Source of the DNA: Eledone cirrhosa
Lineage: Eukaryota
Assembly: GCA_964016885.1 (NCBI GenBank)
Contig: OZ024746.1
Location: 25,420,001 to 25,484,000, forward strand
DNA: 64,000 nt
Reading direction: 5' to 3'
Part shown: positions 26,444 to 40,399 of the stretch, in pieces
Layout: each line of letters begins with the position of its first letter
Numbering within the stretch: position 1 is the stretch's first letter
Position numbers and translations under genes: made by a program
Notes under the pieces: model-generated
The model's input: only the letters and a program-made list of their open reading frames with translations
Database searches by the model: none
What the model was told of the DNA's origin: nothing

Positions 26444-28140
26444 CTAGCAGAATGGCCCGGCGTTGCTCGGGATTTGCTCTAGGGTTCTTATATATTTGAT
26501 ATATATTTATCCTTATGTCTTAGCGGCAATAAACGAAATTAAACACAATTCAGCAGTAGGCCCTGACAGGTTCCCTGCTTGTGTCCTGAAGGTGTGTCGA
26601 CACCAACTTGCATCTCCTCTTGCTAATCTGTGGAGGAGCTCACTGGACACTGGCTATATTCCTGAAAACTTTCTGTCCCAGTTTTCATAAAGGGAAATAA
26701 GTCCCTTGCAGTGAACTACCGTCCAATCTCACTTACCTCTCATATTATCAAGGTATTTGAGAGGGTGGTGAGATCCCGAATAACTCACTTTCTTGAAAGC
26801 AACGGCCTGCTGAACTCCAACCAACATGGGTTCCGTAATGGAAGGGAGTGCCTAACGCAGCTCCTGCATCACTTTGACGATGTTTTGAGAGCCTTGGGAG
26901 AGGGCTCCAACACTGATGTCATCTACCTTGACTTCAACAAGGCCTTCGACAGGGTTGATCATAAGATTCTACTGAAAAAACTATCCAATGTTGGTGTCTC
27001 TGGAAGGTTACTACAGTGGATCAAATGTTTCCAGACAGGCAGAACCCAGCATGTTGTAGTCGAAGGAGTAAAATCAAGCCCCGCCAAAGTCAGCAGTAGC
27101 ATCCCACAAGGCACTGTGTTGGGCCCACTTCTTTTCATCATCTACATTAATGACATTACTGACATCATCAAGCACAGCAACATCAGAATCTTCGCAGATG
27201 ATTCCAAGCTCCAAAGGGTCATCAATGAGGTGGGTGACCGGACTTGCCATCAGTCAGACCTACTGGCTGTTATCCAATGGTCAGAAATGAATAATATGCT
27301 GTTGAATGAGGATAAATTTGAATTAATCCACTTTGGAAAAAAGGATGCCCTGAAACTACCAAACTCTCTTCCTTCGGGTGAAACTCTAGTGGCATCCAAT
27401 AACATCAGAGACCTGGGAGTAATTGTGGACAACAATATAAGCTGGGCCACTCATATAAACAGCAAAGTTGATATGGCCCGCAGAATGTGTTCCTGGATTC
27501 TTAGAACTTTCCAGTCGAGAGATATCCACACTGTTATCCTTCTCTTCTCCACTTTTGCCCGACCCACCTTGAATACTGTTGTCCACTGTGGTCACCCCAC
27601 ACAAAACAAAGTATCATGAAAGTTGAAGCACCCCAAAGGTCAATTACAAAAAAGATAGATGGCATGACAGGCCTTGACTATTGGAGTCGATTAGAAAAGC
27701 TCAAACTTTCTCTCCAACATCGCCGTGAGCGCTATATTATCTGTATGATGTGGAAAATATTCCATCAGCTTTGCCCAAATGATGTTGGCATCACTTTTAG
27801 TGTACACCCAAGGCTTGGGCCCCATGCTATCCGCCCACAACAAAAATACGGCACAATTATTTCACCTCAATTGGTCCTGCACTCTTTAACATTACACCAA
27901 GACACATCAAAGCAGAGACAGACCTCATCACGTTCAAGAAGTCTTTGGATAAATTCCTTTAAGAAATCCCGGATAAGCCTCCTACACCCGGATATGCCTC
28001 CATAAACAATAACTCTCTGCTCGAGTGGGCCATGGTGCCCAAACACTGATTTGTAAGACTTCACCAGGTGGTGCTATTAAGTTAGACATGGACTGGGCCA
28101 ATACTGGCCAAAAGTTATCAAAGTTACACGAATATATAAT

Positions 28141-28174
<34 letters not shown>

Positions 28175-28493
28175 ACAGTACAGAGAAGTACGGAATACCT
28201 TGGCCTCGGGATGGTGTCTACATTTTGTGCTTATAAAAAAAATTTGTCGTAGATTACCAGGGTTTTTTTCCGTGCGAAGAAAATTAATACTTTATCGCAA
28301 AATAAATACTTTTGATTATATTTTGTTATTGTGTATGCAAAAATATCTGTACACGAATATATAATTATATATATATTAAAATAACAGATTAAAGTTTAAG
28401 CAAAGAATCGCTGCTTTCACCCTTAACGGGATCTTCTGAAACTAAAAAAAAATCAATCTGTGAACGCAGAAGTAAATATTTCGAAAAACATTA

Positions 28494-28545
<52 letters not shown>

Positions 28546-28844
28546 TATATATATACATATATACACACACAGCATCATAATGTCGCAATTCAGACATACA
28601 GACAGATATTATAAGGGCGCAACGTTATATCTATGTATCTATCTAAAAAGAAAGACTAAGAATTATAGAGAGGATACGCTAAATCGCCTACTGTAGTCCC
28701 TAGAGCATTGAAAATTTGTTTTCTCAAAACACTCACAGGACCATAAGTATTACATGTGTAAAGTTTGAAAACAATTGGTTGGGTGGTTATCGAGTTTTAG
28801 GGAGCTGACAGACAGACAGACATTCTCTGTTTTAGATATATAGA
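26444..28844 (-). mobile_element. Non-autonomous Helitron containing a nested LINE
   Basis: Minus strand: 5' TCTATAT...(GTCT)n; 3' GC-rich hairpin CCCGAGCAACGCCGGG then CTAG; inserted between A and T. Confidence 0.75.
26518..28125 (+). mobile_element. CR1/L2-group LINE, 5'-truncated, frameshifted reverse transcriptase
   Basis: NYRPISLT, YLDFNKAFD, PQGTVLGP and FADD motifs in ORF 26711-27619. Confidence 0.93.
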
Positions 28845-29305
28845 TAAATAACATATTTAAAATGGCATAATAATTTTTAAGAGTTGGTGGTTGTTTTTAA
28901 TTAAACAGTGGAATTTCCAAGTATAGAGGAATAGTTGAACTATAGACATTTCCATTCATTTATTTCACTGTAACATCCCAGTTTCATCATCATCATCATC
29001 ACTGGTAACATCTATTTTCTATGCTTGCATGGCTTAGGCGGACTGTCATGAATTGATGCTTGACTAGTCAGGCGAGCACATCTTGTCCATACACTTAGGT
29101 TTGGGCTTGGTTTCTACGGCTTAATGCCCTGCCTAAGGTCAACCACTTTACAATGTGTACTAGGAGCATTTTATGGTGATTCTGGCATTACCACCTTACA
29201 GAGTGGACTGGGTGCTTTTTATTGTGGCACCAGCAGTACTGCCATAAAGTGTGGACTGTATTATTAAATTGATGATCAAATAAAAAAGTTATATTTGTTG
29301 CTTAC

Positions 29306-29349
29306 CTCAAAATAAAATTAGAAAACATCTGAAAGTCAAGTTTCCTGCC
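29306..29349 (-). other. Candidate 44-nt non-coding 5'UTR exon of RNF34
   Basis: ttttcag acceptor and gag|gtaag donor on the minus strand upstream of the ATG exon; no transcript evidence. Confidence 0.4.
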
Positions 29350-32099
29350 CTGAAAATACAAAGTCCGTATAAAATGTAAATATACAATAAAAATAAATGA
29401 AATTTACAGATCATACCCTATGTAGGTTTAGCTGGCCTTCTACAAGGTTGTATGTATCTCATAGGTGGTGTCTCACGTGTTTTAACCCTTAAGCATTTTA
29501 AGAGTTTAAATGGCTGTTTCTGGCCAGAATTGCCTCTCCTCTTTCTGCTCAAACCGGTCGTAACTGGCCACTCATATTTATGTTAAGGTATTGTTCTCAA
29601 AATAAATAAGATCAAAATCTCATAGATTCGATATTATGTGAGACAAAATGTTTACTGTGAAAATACAATAGTATATATAGAGAAATGTAAATGCTAAAGG
29701 GTTAAAGATAGTGACCCCCAACCCTGTAATGTTACTATTACAGCTCACACGCATGTAGGTCTAGCTGGCCTCCTACAAGGTTCTATTTCATAGGAGGTTT
29801 CTCACATGATTTAATGAAAGTGACCCTAATCCTGTAATGTTGTTATTACAGGTTGTATCTTTTCAGAGTTTCTTGGGTGTTTTAATGATAGTGGCCCCAG
29901 TTATAACATGAAAAGCTACCTTGACAATTGACCTTATTATCATCAATCCAACACCTTAACCACTAGGCCACACACCTTTATACATTCCATACACACATAT
30001 GTAGTTGTTGAAATGTATTAGTAGTGGTGTCATGAGAAAACAAACCCAGTATATGTCATGAAATGGTTGCCATTAGGAAGGTTATCTAGCCATAGAAATG
30101 GTGTACCTGCCAAAATGGAAATATATGAGCACAATACAGTGGTCTGACCCGCCTGTCTAGCCTCAGTGTACAACAATCCGTCTAACCCATGCAAGCATGG
30201 AAAATAGACACTCATCATCATCAAAACAGTGATAATAATGGAAAATAGACACATGACAGTGATAATGATGGAAAATAGACACAAGAGAGTGATAATGATG
30301 GAAAGACAATATACAATCAAGAAGTTGAAGGGCAGAAATGTGTATGGAACAACAGTGGAACACTTACTCACACTGAAAATAAAATGAGATAGAAGTATTA
30401 TTATGAGAAGTTGCTAAATGAGGCAAATGCATGGGTAAGTAAGGGCCTAACCCAAGACACCCTCTCAATCTTATCTCAAAAGCATGTTGGACTCATGACC
30501 ATAAGGTGATGGGCTTTATTACTGGACCAGGTGCTGCATTGCATTCTTGAGCAAGACGTTTCATTTCACATTGTTTTTCATGAGAGGACAGGAGGACCTA
30601 TCATTCAAACACCCAAGAAAGTTCTGATGAGGTGCAACCTCATAAGAAGCCACCTATACTTACATAAGTGTGAGCTGTAACAACAACGTGATAGGACTGA
30701 GGTGTAGCTGTAAAAAACAATGAAGATCCAACTGAGCAACCAGCCATCAGAACTGACAGTAGGGTGGTAGATAAAAAAATTAAGAAATGAAGAGACAGCA
30801 GTTGGTCCATCAGGGATTGTTGCTGAGATGATAAATTTAACCAGTGAAGCAGAATACAGGCTAGACACTCATATAGTAAATCAGTTAGAACAGGTGGGGT
30901 CATATCCAATGACAGATATAGCAGCATCATTGTCAACTGCTACAAGAGTAAAGTAGACACATTAGAGGGAGGGACAGACACCAGAAAGCATCCTCTCCCA
31001 CTTTTTAACAATTTCACCAATCCACTATACTGTATTTCTCAACCCTGAAAGGATGAAAGCCAAAGTTAACCTCAGCAGGATTTGAACTCAAAGCATAGTA
31101 AGCCAGAACAAGTACCGGGGCATTAAATCTGGTGCTCTAACAACTCCCAATTTGCCACTACAATTAATAGATTTTGCTAAAAAATTGAAGATATGCTGTA
31201 CTGGAGAAGACCCACTCATCAACATAAAATGTGACCTGACTCTTCTCTGTGTCCCTCCTTCCACTAGTATTCCTTAGTAGTTATCCTCACCATCGCCACT
31301 CACCCCCACTAAAATCCTGACACACCCATGCTATCAAAAGGGAGAGGTGTTCCCTCCCTTCTACTCATCACTTCAAAACCAACTGCACTCATCATAAACC
31401 CATAACACCATACTTATCTTCCTCCTCCTGGAGGAAGAGAAGGCTCTTCAATTGAAACTGTGACTGACCTCTTTAGTGCTGGTGCCTGTAAGGTGGTTGG
31501 TGATAGGAAGGACACTACTGTAGAAACTATGCCAAAAAGGGTCAAGAGAACCCTTCAATTGTGTCAAAGGTGTGACAACCTCCCTAGTGTAGTGGCTGCT
31601 GATAGGAAGGACATCCAACCATAGAAACCTGCAAGGTTTGGGAGAACCTCCTGAGTGCTAGTGTCAAGATAAAATTCACTCAGAGATTGAGATCATATGT
31701 AAGTGTGATGCAAGCCCTTAGCTTGAGTAATATTAGTAGCCCTGCCTGAGTACTGACTTAGTCTGTGAAAACCTGTCCAACCCTTGTTTGTGAAAACAAA
31801 CATTAAATGATGATGATGACAACGATGAATCAATCCCTTCATTATCATATTTTTTATGAAAAATACTGCCCATGATTTACAAATAATTTTGAAAATAATG
31901 AAGAATTTAAAGGGATTTAGTAATATAACTAACTTTATCATTATTAAGTTGGTGCTTGGAACAGAAAATCTTTTTTACAGAAAATTATGAGGGAATGTTT
32001 TTAAATATAAATACTTTAAAACAACAGCTTAATAATGGAGAACCTAAGTTGGTTCAAGATGGTTTGGTATCAAAAGGATCAAAGTTCAATCCCATTCAT

Positions 32100-32262
32100 T
32101 TGTACTTTCAATGTGACCTAATTATCAACAAGTCCCATATGTTTAAACTTTCAATGTGACCTAATTTACAACAAATCCCATGTTTGTACTTCCAATGTGA
32201 CCCAATTAACAACAAATCCCATGTGTATGTACTTTCAATGTGACCTAATTAACAACAAATCT
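32100..32262. repeat. ~40 bp tandem repeat x4
   Basis: GTACTTTCAATGTGACCTAATTAACAACAAATCCCAT units. Confidence 0.85.
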
Positions 32263-34181
32263 ATATCAGAAGCCCCACCCCAACCACCATTGATTTCAGT
32301 TCCAGGAATAGACTGAGTGTTCTCAATCAGAACAAAATAATCAATCGAGCACTCAGTAACACACAATCTGCAGACACTTGCCATCTTTACAACTTTCTCT
32401 TACAAATGGTGAATTTACAGCTCACACCTATGCTGGTTTACCTGGCCTCCTGTGAGGTTACATCTCATAGAAAGTTTCTCAGGTGTTTTACTGATAGGGA
32501 CCCCAATTCTATCATGTTTTTGTTACATCTCACACCTATGCAGGATTACTGGGCCTCCTATGAGCTTGTATGACATAAGAGATTTCTTGGGTGTTTTAAT
32601 GATAAGGACGCCAGTTCTATCATGCTGTTGTTATTACAACACACACTTCAGCAGGTTAACTGGCCTCTTGTGTTACAGCTCATACCGGCGGGATTAGCTT
32701 GCCTCCTATATGGCGGTTTCTCAGGTATTTTAGCAATAGGGGATTCAGTTCTATTATGTTGTTACAGTTCACACCTATGTAGGTTTAGCTATAACAATTT
32801 CACCAAATTATGGTTGGTGAAAGAAAGGGCATCCAGCTGTAGAAGATTTGCCAAACAAAGAATAGAAAGGACTCTTCACTTGTGCCAAAGACCTATCCAA
32901 CCCTCGCTAGCTGTTAATGATGTATGGGTATTTATAAAATATCAGTACATCAGTTTTTCAATTTTACACTGGACTAGCTGGTTCCCTATATTTATAGATA
33001 TATGTGATGCTAGCATGGCTGTATAGTTAACAAGTTTATTTCACAATCATGTGGTCTTCATTTCTATCCCACTGCGAAGAGCCTTAAACAAGTGTATTTT
33101 AGTATAGCCCTGAAGTAGCCAATACCTGCGGAGGGGTGTTCATAGCTGGGAACATGAATATGTGACAGTTGCTGTGAATGTCATACTGACAATGTCTATA
33201 AAAGCTACAGTAACAATTATTTATGTGTCCCATAAACAATACCTCCGGCAGTATAACAGTTTGACAAATGCTAGTAACATATACCATAAGTAAAATGAAG
33301 TATGGGTTGGCCTCTGGCTATTGAACACCTGCCAGAAAAGATCTGGTTTAATCCATGCAAGCATGGAAAAATGGACATAAAAAACGAAGACTACACACAA
33401 AAGTGTGTGTGTGTGTTGGTTTTTAGAGTAGATACACTGTATCCCTGAATGTCGTAAGAGGCGACTAAAAGTGTTGGAGTCAGGAAGAGCATCAGACTAT
33501 AAAACATTGTCTCAAAACATCCATCCCGCCCAACCTATGCCAGCATAGAGTAGATGTAAAAGCGATAATTATATATATATATATATATGATGTACACAGA
33601 TACATACAAAAATTCATGTCGCGCGCGTGTGCTGTTGTTTACGATGTCAGCCCTGATCAAAACCGTTCCAGCCCGTAACCATTCCGTTTTTTTTTAGGCA
33701 TAGTGTATCTAGGCTAGCATTACTAAATGCAACCTACCTTTTTTTAAAAGAAAACAATAATTTGAGAGAGATCTGGCTATTATTTCTAGCACGTTGAGTA
33801 ATCATGTAAAGGTAACCTCGCTGCTTTAACATCGTAAACACACACATACATATAAATATATATGTGTGTGTATGAGTGTTCTGAGACAACGATATGTACT
33901 ACAGCCTAGAAATACATGTCGAAGAAGTATTTTCTTCCTATCTATTTGAATTTTCAAGAATAAAAACAAGATTGGACAATATAACCGAACACTTTTCTTT
34001 GGAATAGTTCGTGGTGTCAGTGAAATGTCATTTAAGCATTATTTATTTGGTGACATAAAATAAAGTACCAGTAACGCATTGGTGTCGATTTAATTGACTT
34101 AATCCCCGTCCCTTCAAATTGCTGGCCTTGCGCCAAAAGTAGAAACCATAGTTTTGGTGAGTAAGCAAGAAAGGGCAGTCC

Positions 34182-34565
34182 TTCGTTTTAAGATCACAAA
34201 CTTCCGGTCATTTACGTGAGCGTTAATGACATGAGGGGGGGGGGGGGTATTATCGACTTAATCGTAATCTACACCTAAGTAAAAATGTATCTCGGTAAAA
34301 TAGACATTAAGAAAGTTATGAGGAAACAGTCAGGTGAGGGACATTAAACTGTAGTTATGTCATCGTGTGTGTGTGTGTGTGATTTGAGTTTAGTGTCCCC
34401 CATCCGACTTTATTTCCTTATAACTTTCTAAATAATGTATATTTTGCAGGAATATATTTTTTCGAAGATATATATTATACGATTATGTTCATAATCTTTT
34501 TATTGTCATAATTGCCATTTTCATTCACGAAAATTACCGGAAGTTGCCCGTGATCTTAAAACGAA
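34182..34565. promoter_or_regulatory. Inverted-duplicated promoter-like element with two outward-facing ETS (CCGGAAGT) motifs
   Basis: Arms ~34182-34350 and ~34387-34565 are diverged reverse complements; ACTTCCGG near 34200 and CCGGAAGT near 34537. Confidence 0.5.
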
Positions 34566-34639
34566 AAATTATCCCAAGAAAGGTGAACTGATATTTTACA
34601 ATAGAACAGGAAACATTCCACCACCATCCCAATACTGGC

Positions 34640-35270
34640 TGTACAGTAATCTTTCAGGGTGGTAGCAAGTGTACGTATAGGAAGTTACAGATATCTTTCT
34701 GGGTGGTAGTGTTGTAGTAGGTGTATAGGAAGTTACAGCAGTCTTTCTGTGTGATAATAAGTATGTGTGTACACGGCAAGAAATATTCTTTCCGGGTGGG
34801 ATTGAGTGTGTGTGTGTGTGAGCGGTTATAGAAAGTTACAGTAGTCTTTCCGAGTGGAATTGAGTGTGTGTGTGTGCGTGTGTATATAAGAATTTACAGT
34901 AGTCTTTCCGGGTGGGATTAAGAGTGTGTGTGTGTTCATGTGTATATAAGAATTTACAGTAGTCTTCCCGGGTGGGATTGAGTGTGTGCGTGATTGTGTA
35001 TAGGAAGTTACAGCAGTCTTTCAGGGTGGTCTTGTCTGTCTCTGCGTATGTGTGTGTACACAAGAAATATTATCTTTCCGGGAGGGATTGTTGTGTGTTG
35101 AAAGTTACAACAGTTTTTCCGGGTGGTTGTGAACGTGTGTGTACACAAGAAATACTTTCCTCGATGTGTGTGTGTATGTAGTTACAATAGTATTTCCTGG
35201 TGATGGTAGTAAACGTGTGCGTGTGTATACACAGTAAAAAATAATCTCTTTCCGGGCGGTGTGTGTATGA
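34640..35270. repeat. ~55-60 bp minisatellite with embedded (GT)n
   Basis: AGTTACAGTAGTCTTTCCGGGTGG units. Confidence 0.8.
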
Positions 35271-38200
35271 TTAGTGGCTAGGCTCACGATTGTAAAGTCA
35301 TGAGCTCAATACTCAGCGACGCGTTGTGTTCTCGGACAAGACACTTTATTTCATGTTGCTGTCAAAAATGCGTTGCACCTGTCTTTCACTGAATCTCCAT
35401 GAGAACTATATTAAGGGCATACGAATTTGTAGAGAACGCAACCACTTAACACCATAATACAAAATACACTGTACCTGTCATTCAAATGGCCAGCCTTGTC
35501 ACATTGTTTTACGCTGAATCTCCCTGAGAAATATGTTAAAGGTTCCTATGTCAGTGAAATGCTCAGCCACTTGCACGTCAATTTTACGAGCAGGTTGTTT
35601 CCGTCGATCAAACAATTAGAGCACGCATCGTCGTAGCCGACGAAGAACCAACACCGTTCACACGGCAAGAAATATAATCTTTCCGAGCAGTTTCTTAGAC
35701 AATCACTAATTCTCACGAGGATAATAAATTGGTCGGTTATTTAGAAAGAAAATCTAGATAGTACAGAAGCAATTTTTATGAGAATTAACAAAACAGGATG
35801 TAAATGATATGGTTAACAACCATTTCTTATGTAAGCCACCGACAAAGTTTTATAGATTTAATGAGATGCTGTGATGTGTACGTCTTTCTCGGGATACTTA
35901 AAAGCTGACCAGGGCATTTGTATATGATCAAAGGAAGTTGCGAGCATTAACCCTTTTAATATCAAACATCCTCTGGTTCTATGATATAAAGCTGTTTGCT
36001 GTTTATATTTGTTTGTTCGTTTTTTAATCTTCCTTTATAATTTTATATAAGAACCTTTGTTAAGTTATGTTCCAAACACCAGCTTAATAATCAAAACGTT
36101 ATGTTATATTACTAAATCCCTTCTAATTCTTGATTACTTCTAAAATCAATTGAAAACCACATGCGATGTCTTTCGTCAGAAATATGGCCAGGAAAGGGTT
36201 AACAGAATTCATAAAAAGCAAGTCAGTTATTTTGACACTAACTACAATATGAAGTAATGGCTTTTTGGTGTGTTTGTTTCTTATTTTTTCGATTTGATAC
36301 AAGTTTGTATTTTATCGTCACTTCTTGCAAAGCTCTATTCCAAATTAATATTACGCAATAATTCTTTTTAAAATTACTTTACGAAATCATTTAATTTAAT
36401 GTGTGTGTATGGCAAAGATAAATGAAATGTTTTACTCACATGTTATAAAATATTGAATTTAGAGTTTCTTTAAAATAGATCCTTCTGGGACAGTAATCCA
36501 AACTAGAGAAAGTAAAAAAGAAATTATGAAATAAAATATAAACCAATAATAATTGTTTCTAATATAAGCACAAGACCAACAATTTTTTTTTGGGGGGGGG
36601 GGAATAAATTCGACCATGGTGCGTTACTGGTACTTTATTTTATCGACCCCGGAAAGACGAATGGTAAAGTTGACCTCGGCGGAATTTGAACTCAAACAAT
36701 AACAATTAACACACAAAATTAATGTTTGTTTTTTTATTTAGGCCAATGGCTAGTAATTTGGGAGAGGAAGAAGTCGACTATGGCGACCCAGTACTTGACT
36801 GGTACAGAACAACAAATTAATACACAATAATAATAATTGTATCGTATTTGAAATCAGGTTTGTGAAATAAGCTGCATATAGGAATTAGGAGAGCTAAGTA
36901 CCAGTATTATTGATCTTTCTCAGTCTTTTGTGGTAAACAAATGTTATTTCATCAGATTTAGAACGAACTTGTTTTTATTGTTTATTTTTTTATTATTATT
37001 AATATGACCAATTAAATGTGATATATATGTTAGAACTTCGTAATTTTATAGTTATCATCCACACCTACATATAAGTGTGTTATGTATATTGCGTGTGTAT
37101 GTGTGTGTATATGTATATATTTGTGTGCTTACACATTCACATGTAATCATTACAATATATTTCAGCTGTCACTGTAAGTAATAATAGGAAATAGCGAAGA
37201 AAGAAGTTAATTGAATGTGAAATTAGAGAAGATAGAAATGATTAAAGATAAAGGTATGAAAGAAAAGGGAAGATCGATTAACAAAAAACAATATCGATGA
37301 TGTAAAGAGATATATAACAATAGTATGTGGTCGTTTTTTATTTATCCATGGATAAAACTTCGAGGATCGAGAGTGTAGCTAAAACTGGTATACAGTAAAC
37401 TCCAGATTATTGTTTCAGTCGAATTATAATTTCACACGTAACAAATATTTATTCATTTATCACTCAACTGTGATAATTGATAATTTCACATACTATACAT
37501 CTGGAAATTTATTTAAAGATTCTAAATTCTAGAATTCTAAAAATTTCAAAAATATATTTTTCAATGCTAGAAAAAAGAAAAAGAAATTTGACACAAGAAA
37601 AATAATGTTGTTATATTTGGTAACTAAAAAATCTGTTAATGTGTTTGTTTGGAGAAGCTAAAAAGAATGAATTAAAGATGAAATAATAGTAAATACCGGT
37701 TAAATGTGGATGGAATCAGTGAACAGCCCTGGATCTCATGTTAAAACCAAGAATTCGGGGCTGAAATTTGAAAATGTTGGACGCAGCGTAAATATTCCGA
37801 CATCTACAGTTGAGGTTCTAACAGACCGGTGTAACCGGTGCTATAGTACACCGTATAAACATATGTTGGGTAGGAAATATTACGGGTGTATTTCTCAAGT
37901 ATCCCTTTACTAAAACTAGGTATTATATCCACCGTTTGAAAGTATGTATCGACATGGTCACTCATACGGAGATAAAAGTGAAAAAAAGTAAAGATGCTTC
38001 GATACATCCAATGTAATAAGACAAACTCATACATATGGTTGGATTTCGTTTATTTTATCACATGGTTGCTAGATTATTCTCGACTGAGAGAAACCCGTGA
38101 TGGTCCTATTTACCACATGATCCCTCCCCCCATACCCATATACTGTGAATATCCCTGGTGGAAAATTAAATGATTTAATTCATGGTATACACAGTTGTGA

Positions 38201-39079
38201 TTTAATTCACTTTCATTCTTCTTTATTTTGGTTTTCAACGACTTTTAAAAACTATCCAAGAATATAATGAAGGTTATATATTCAGTGGACGGACATATAC
38301 ATACTCCGTTAAGTATATAGATTCTTCAAGTAATATTTCTGTACATTAGAAATTAATGAGTGATATAGAAACACAACTGTTTAATTGTTATGTCATTGAT
38401 CTGTGAGGTTTTAAATAATTTTAACTATTCAAGGCTGCTTTTTTATTTTATGTTTTATTTATTTTCATATTTATTTTATAAAAAAAATTAGTTTGGAAGG
38501 CCAGTGAGATCGATGCTGTTAATGTTCAAATTGAACAAGTGCAAGTTGACAGCTGCAAGAAAAAATACACAGAGAGGGAACTCCAGAAAGCCGACGTTCT
38601 GTAGAAGAAGGACTGAGTGTGGTGCAGAAGCAGACTGCACGCGAACATTAGGAAAACATTAATGAACAACGGGTCGACGTGATATGTGACAAATGTCCTG
38701 GGCCTGTTTTAATCCCCAGTCCACTTCTAGATCCTGGGTACGCTGCTAATCTGTAGTCTTGAGCAAGTATCATCTACCATAGTCATGGGTCGACTTGGTA
38801 AGTGATGGATGCCTGGGCTGGTTTTAAGACACGGCCCACTTCTGTCATGATGGGTATTGCAGAGCCTAGGTAGAGTGACACACTATGAGTGACAAGAGAA
38901 TGAGAGATGAGTTAATCGGGGATATCTGAGTGGAGGTGACACAAAAACCAACCAGATCTGAAGAGCCGAGGCAACTGTAGTAGCAACAGAAAAGCCAGAG
39001 AATCAAGGCTGGAGTGTGTTAGCACACAACTTCAGACCAAATAAGTTGGGTGACCTTTTTATTAGATTTTTGTCTCGGG

Positions 39080-39660
39080 TGTGAGAGAAATACTGTAATG
39101 TGGTTTAGGACGTTTGTCTATGTAACAGCAGTACTGTCCCAAATGTGGGAGCAGTACTGTAATGTGGTCTAGGATGTCTGCATGTGTAGTAGCAGTACTG
39201 TAATATGGTTTAGAATGTCTGTATGTGAGAGTAAAACTGTAATGTGGTCTAGAATGCCTGTGTATGTGCAATAGCAGCACGGTCCTATATATGGGAGTAG
39301 CACTGTAATGTGGTTTAGGATGTCTGTGTATGTGCAATAGCATCACTGTGCCAAATGTGGGAGCAGAACTGTGATGTGGTTTGGAATGTTTGTATATGTG
39401 GCAACAGCACCATCCAGTTGTGAAAGCAGTATTGTATTGTAGGTCTAGGATGTTTCTCTGAGTAACAACAGCACCATCCAGATATGAAAGCAGTATTGTA
39501 TTGTAGGTCTAGGATGTCTGTCAGAATAACAACAGCACTGTCCCAGATGTGACAGCATTACTCCATTGTAAGTCTAGGGTGTCTGTATATGTTACAGCAG
39601 CATTACTGTCCCAGATATGTAATGTGGGTCTAGGATGTCTGTATGTGACAGCAATCCTGT
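39080..39660. repeat. ~40/60 bp minisatellite
   Basis: GTAATGTGGTCTAGGATGTCTG...CAGCA units. Confidence 0.8.
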
Positions 39661-40399
39661 AAGGTGGTAATTGCATTTCAGATATATTCTGTTTCAATTT
39701 AATATGTTTTTTTAATCCTTTGAAGATAGAGAAGTACAAACTATATCTCTACCAGTTTGTGTATGTATAGATCTTGATTATATTAATTTTCATGTAACAT
39801 TCTATGAATAATTTGATGTAGAACTCTCTTAAAACATGTGCAAGGAATTAAAAATGATTCAAAAGCTAACTTTTCTATCTATATATTTAATTATATTTGC
39901 AGTGTTTGTCTGCCTTTCCAACTTTTTCTCCCCCCAAAATCTACCTTTTCTTCAGACCAATAATATATAAACACATTAAACTAATTCTAATTTTGAAAGT
40001 ACTTGACAATTATATACTATCATATATAATTCTCTAGATACATTTAAACTTTGTACACATATTTTTTGCCTTTGCTACATATATATGTTATATATATATA
40101 TCATCATCACCATTTTACGTCCGTTCTTCCACGCTAGCATGGGTTAGACAGGTTGTCCTGTTGTGGGCAGTGTCCGGTCGGCTGACCTTGTCTTGCTCAT
40201 ACGGGAACTGATTCTGGCTTCATTTCTACAGCTGGATGCCTTTACTAACACCAACCTCATTTACAGTGAGTGCTGGGTGCTTTTTTTCCCGTGGCGCCTA
40301 CATGTCCACTTTACAGTGTGGGCTGGGTGCTTTTTTGCCATGGCACCTCCACGACCACTTTGCAGTGGGAGGGTGTGGGGGCATATTGTCTATATGCTT

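Noticed and set aside
37166-37173. 8-nt microexon (tttcag|CTGTCACT|gtaagt)
   Set aside because: Such motifs occur by chance and there is no host CDS on this strand to test it against
37700-38160. Telomerase RNA as the identity of the structured island
   Set aside because: No CTAACCCTA-type template on either strand
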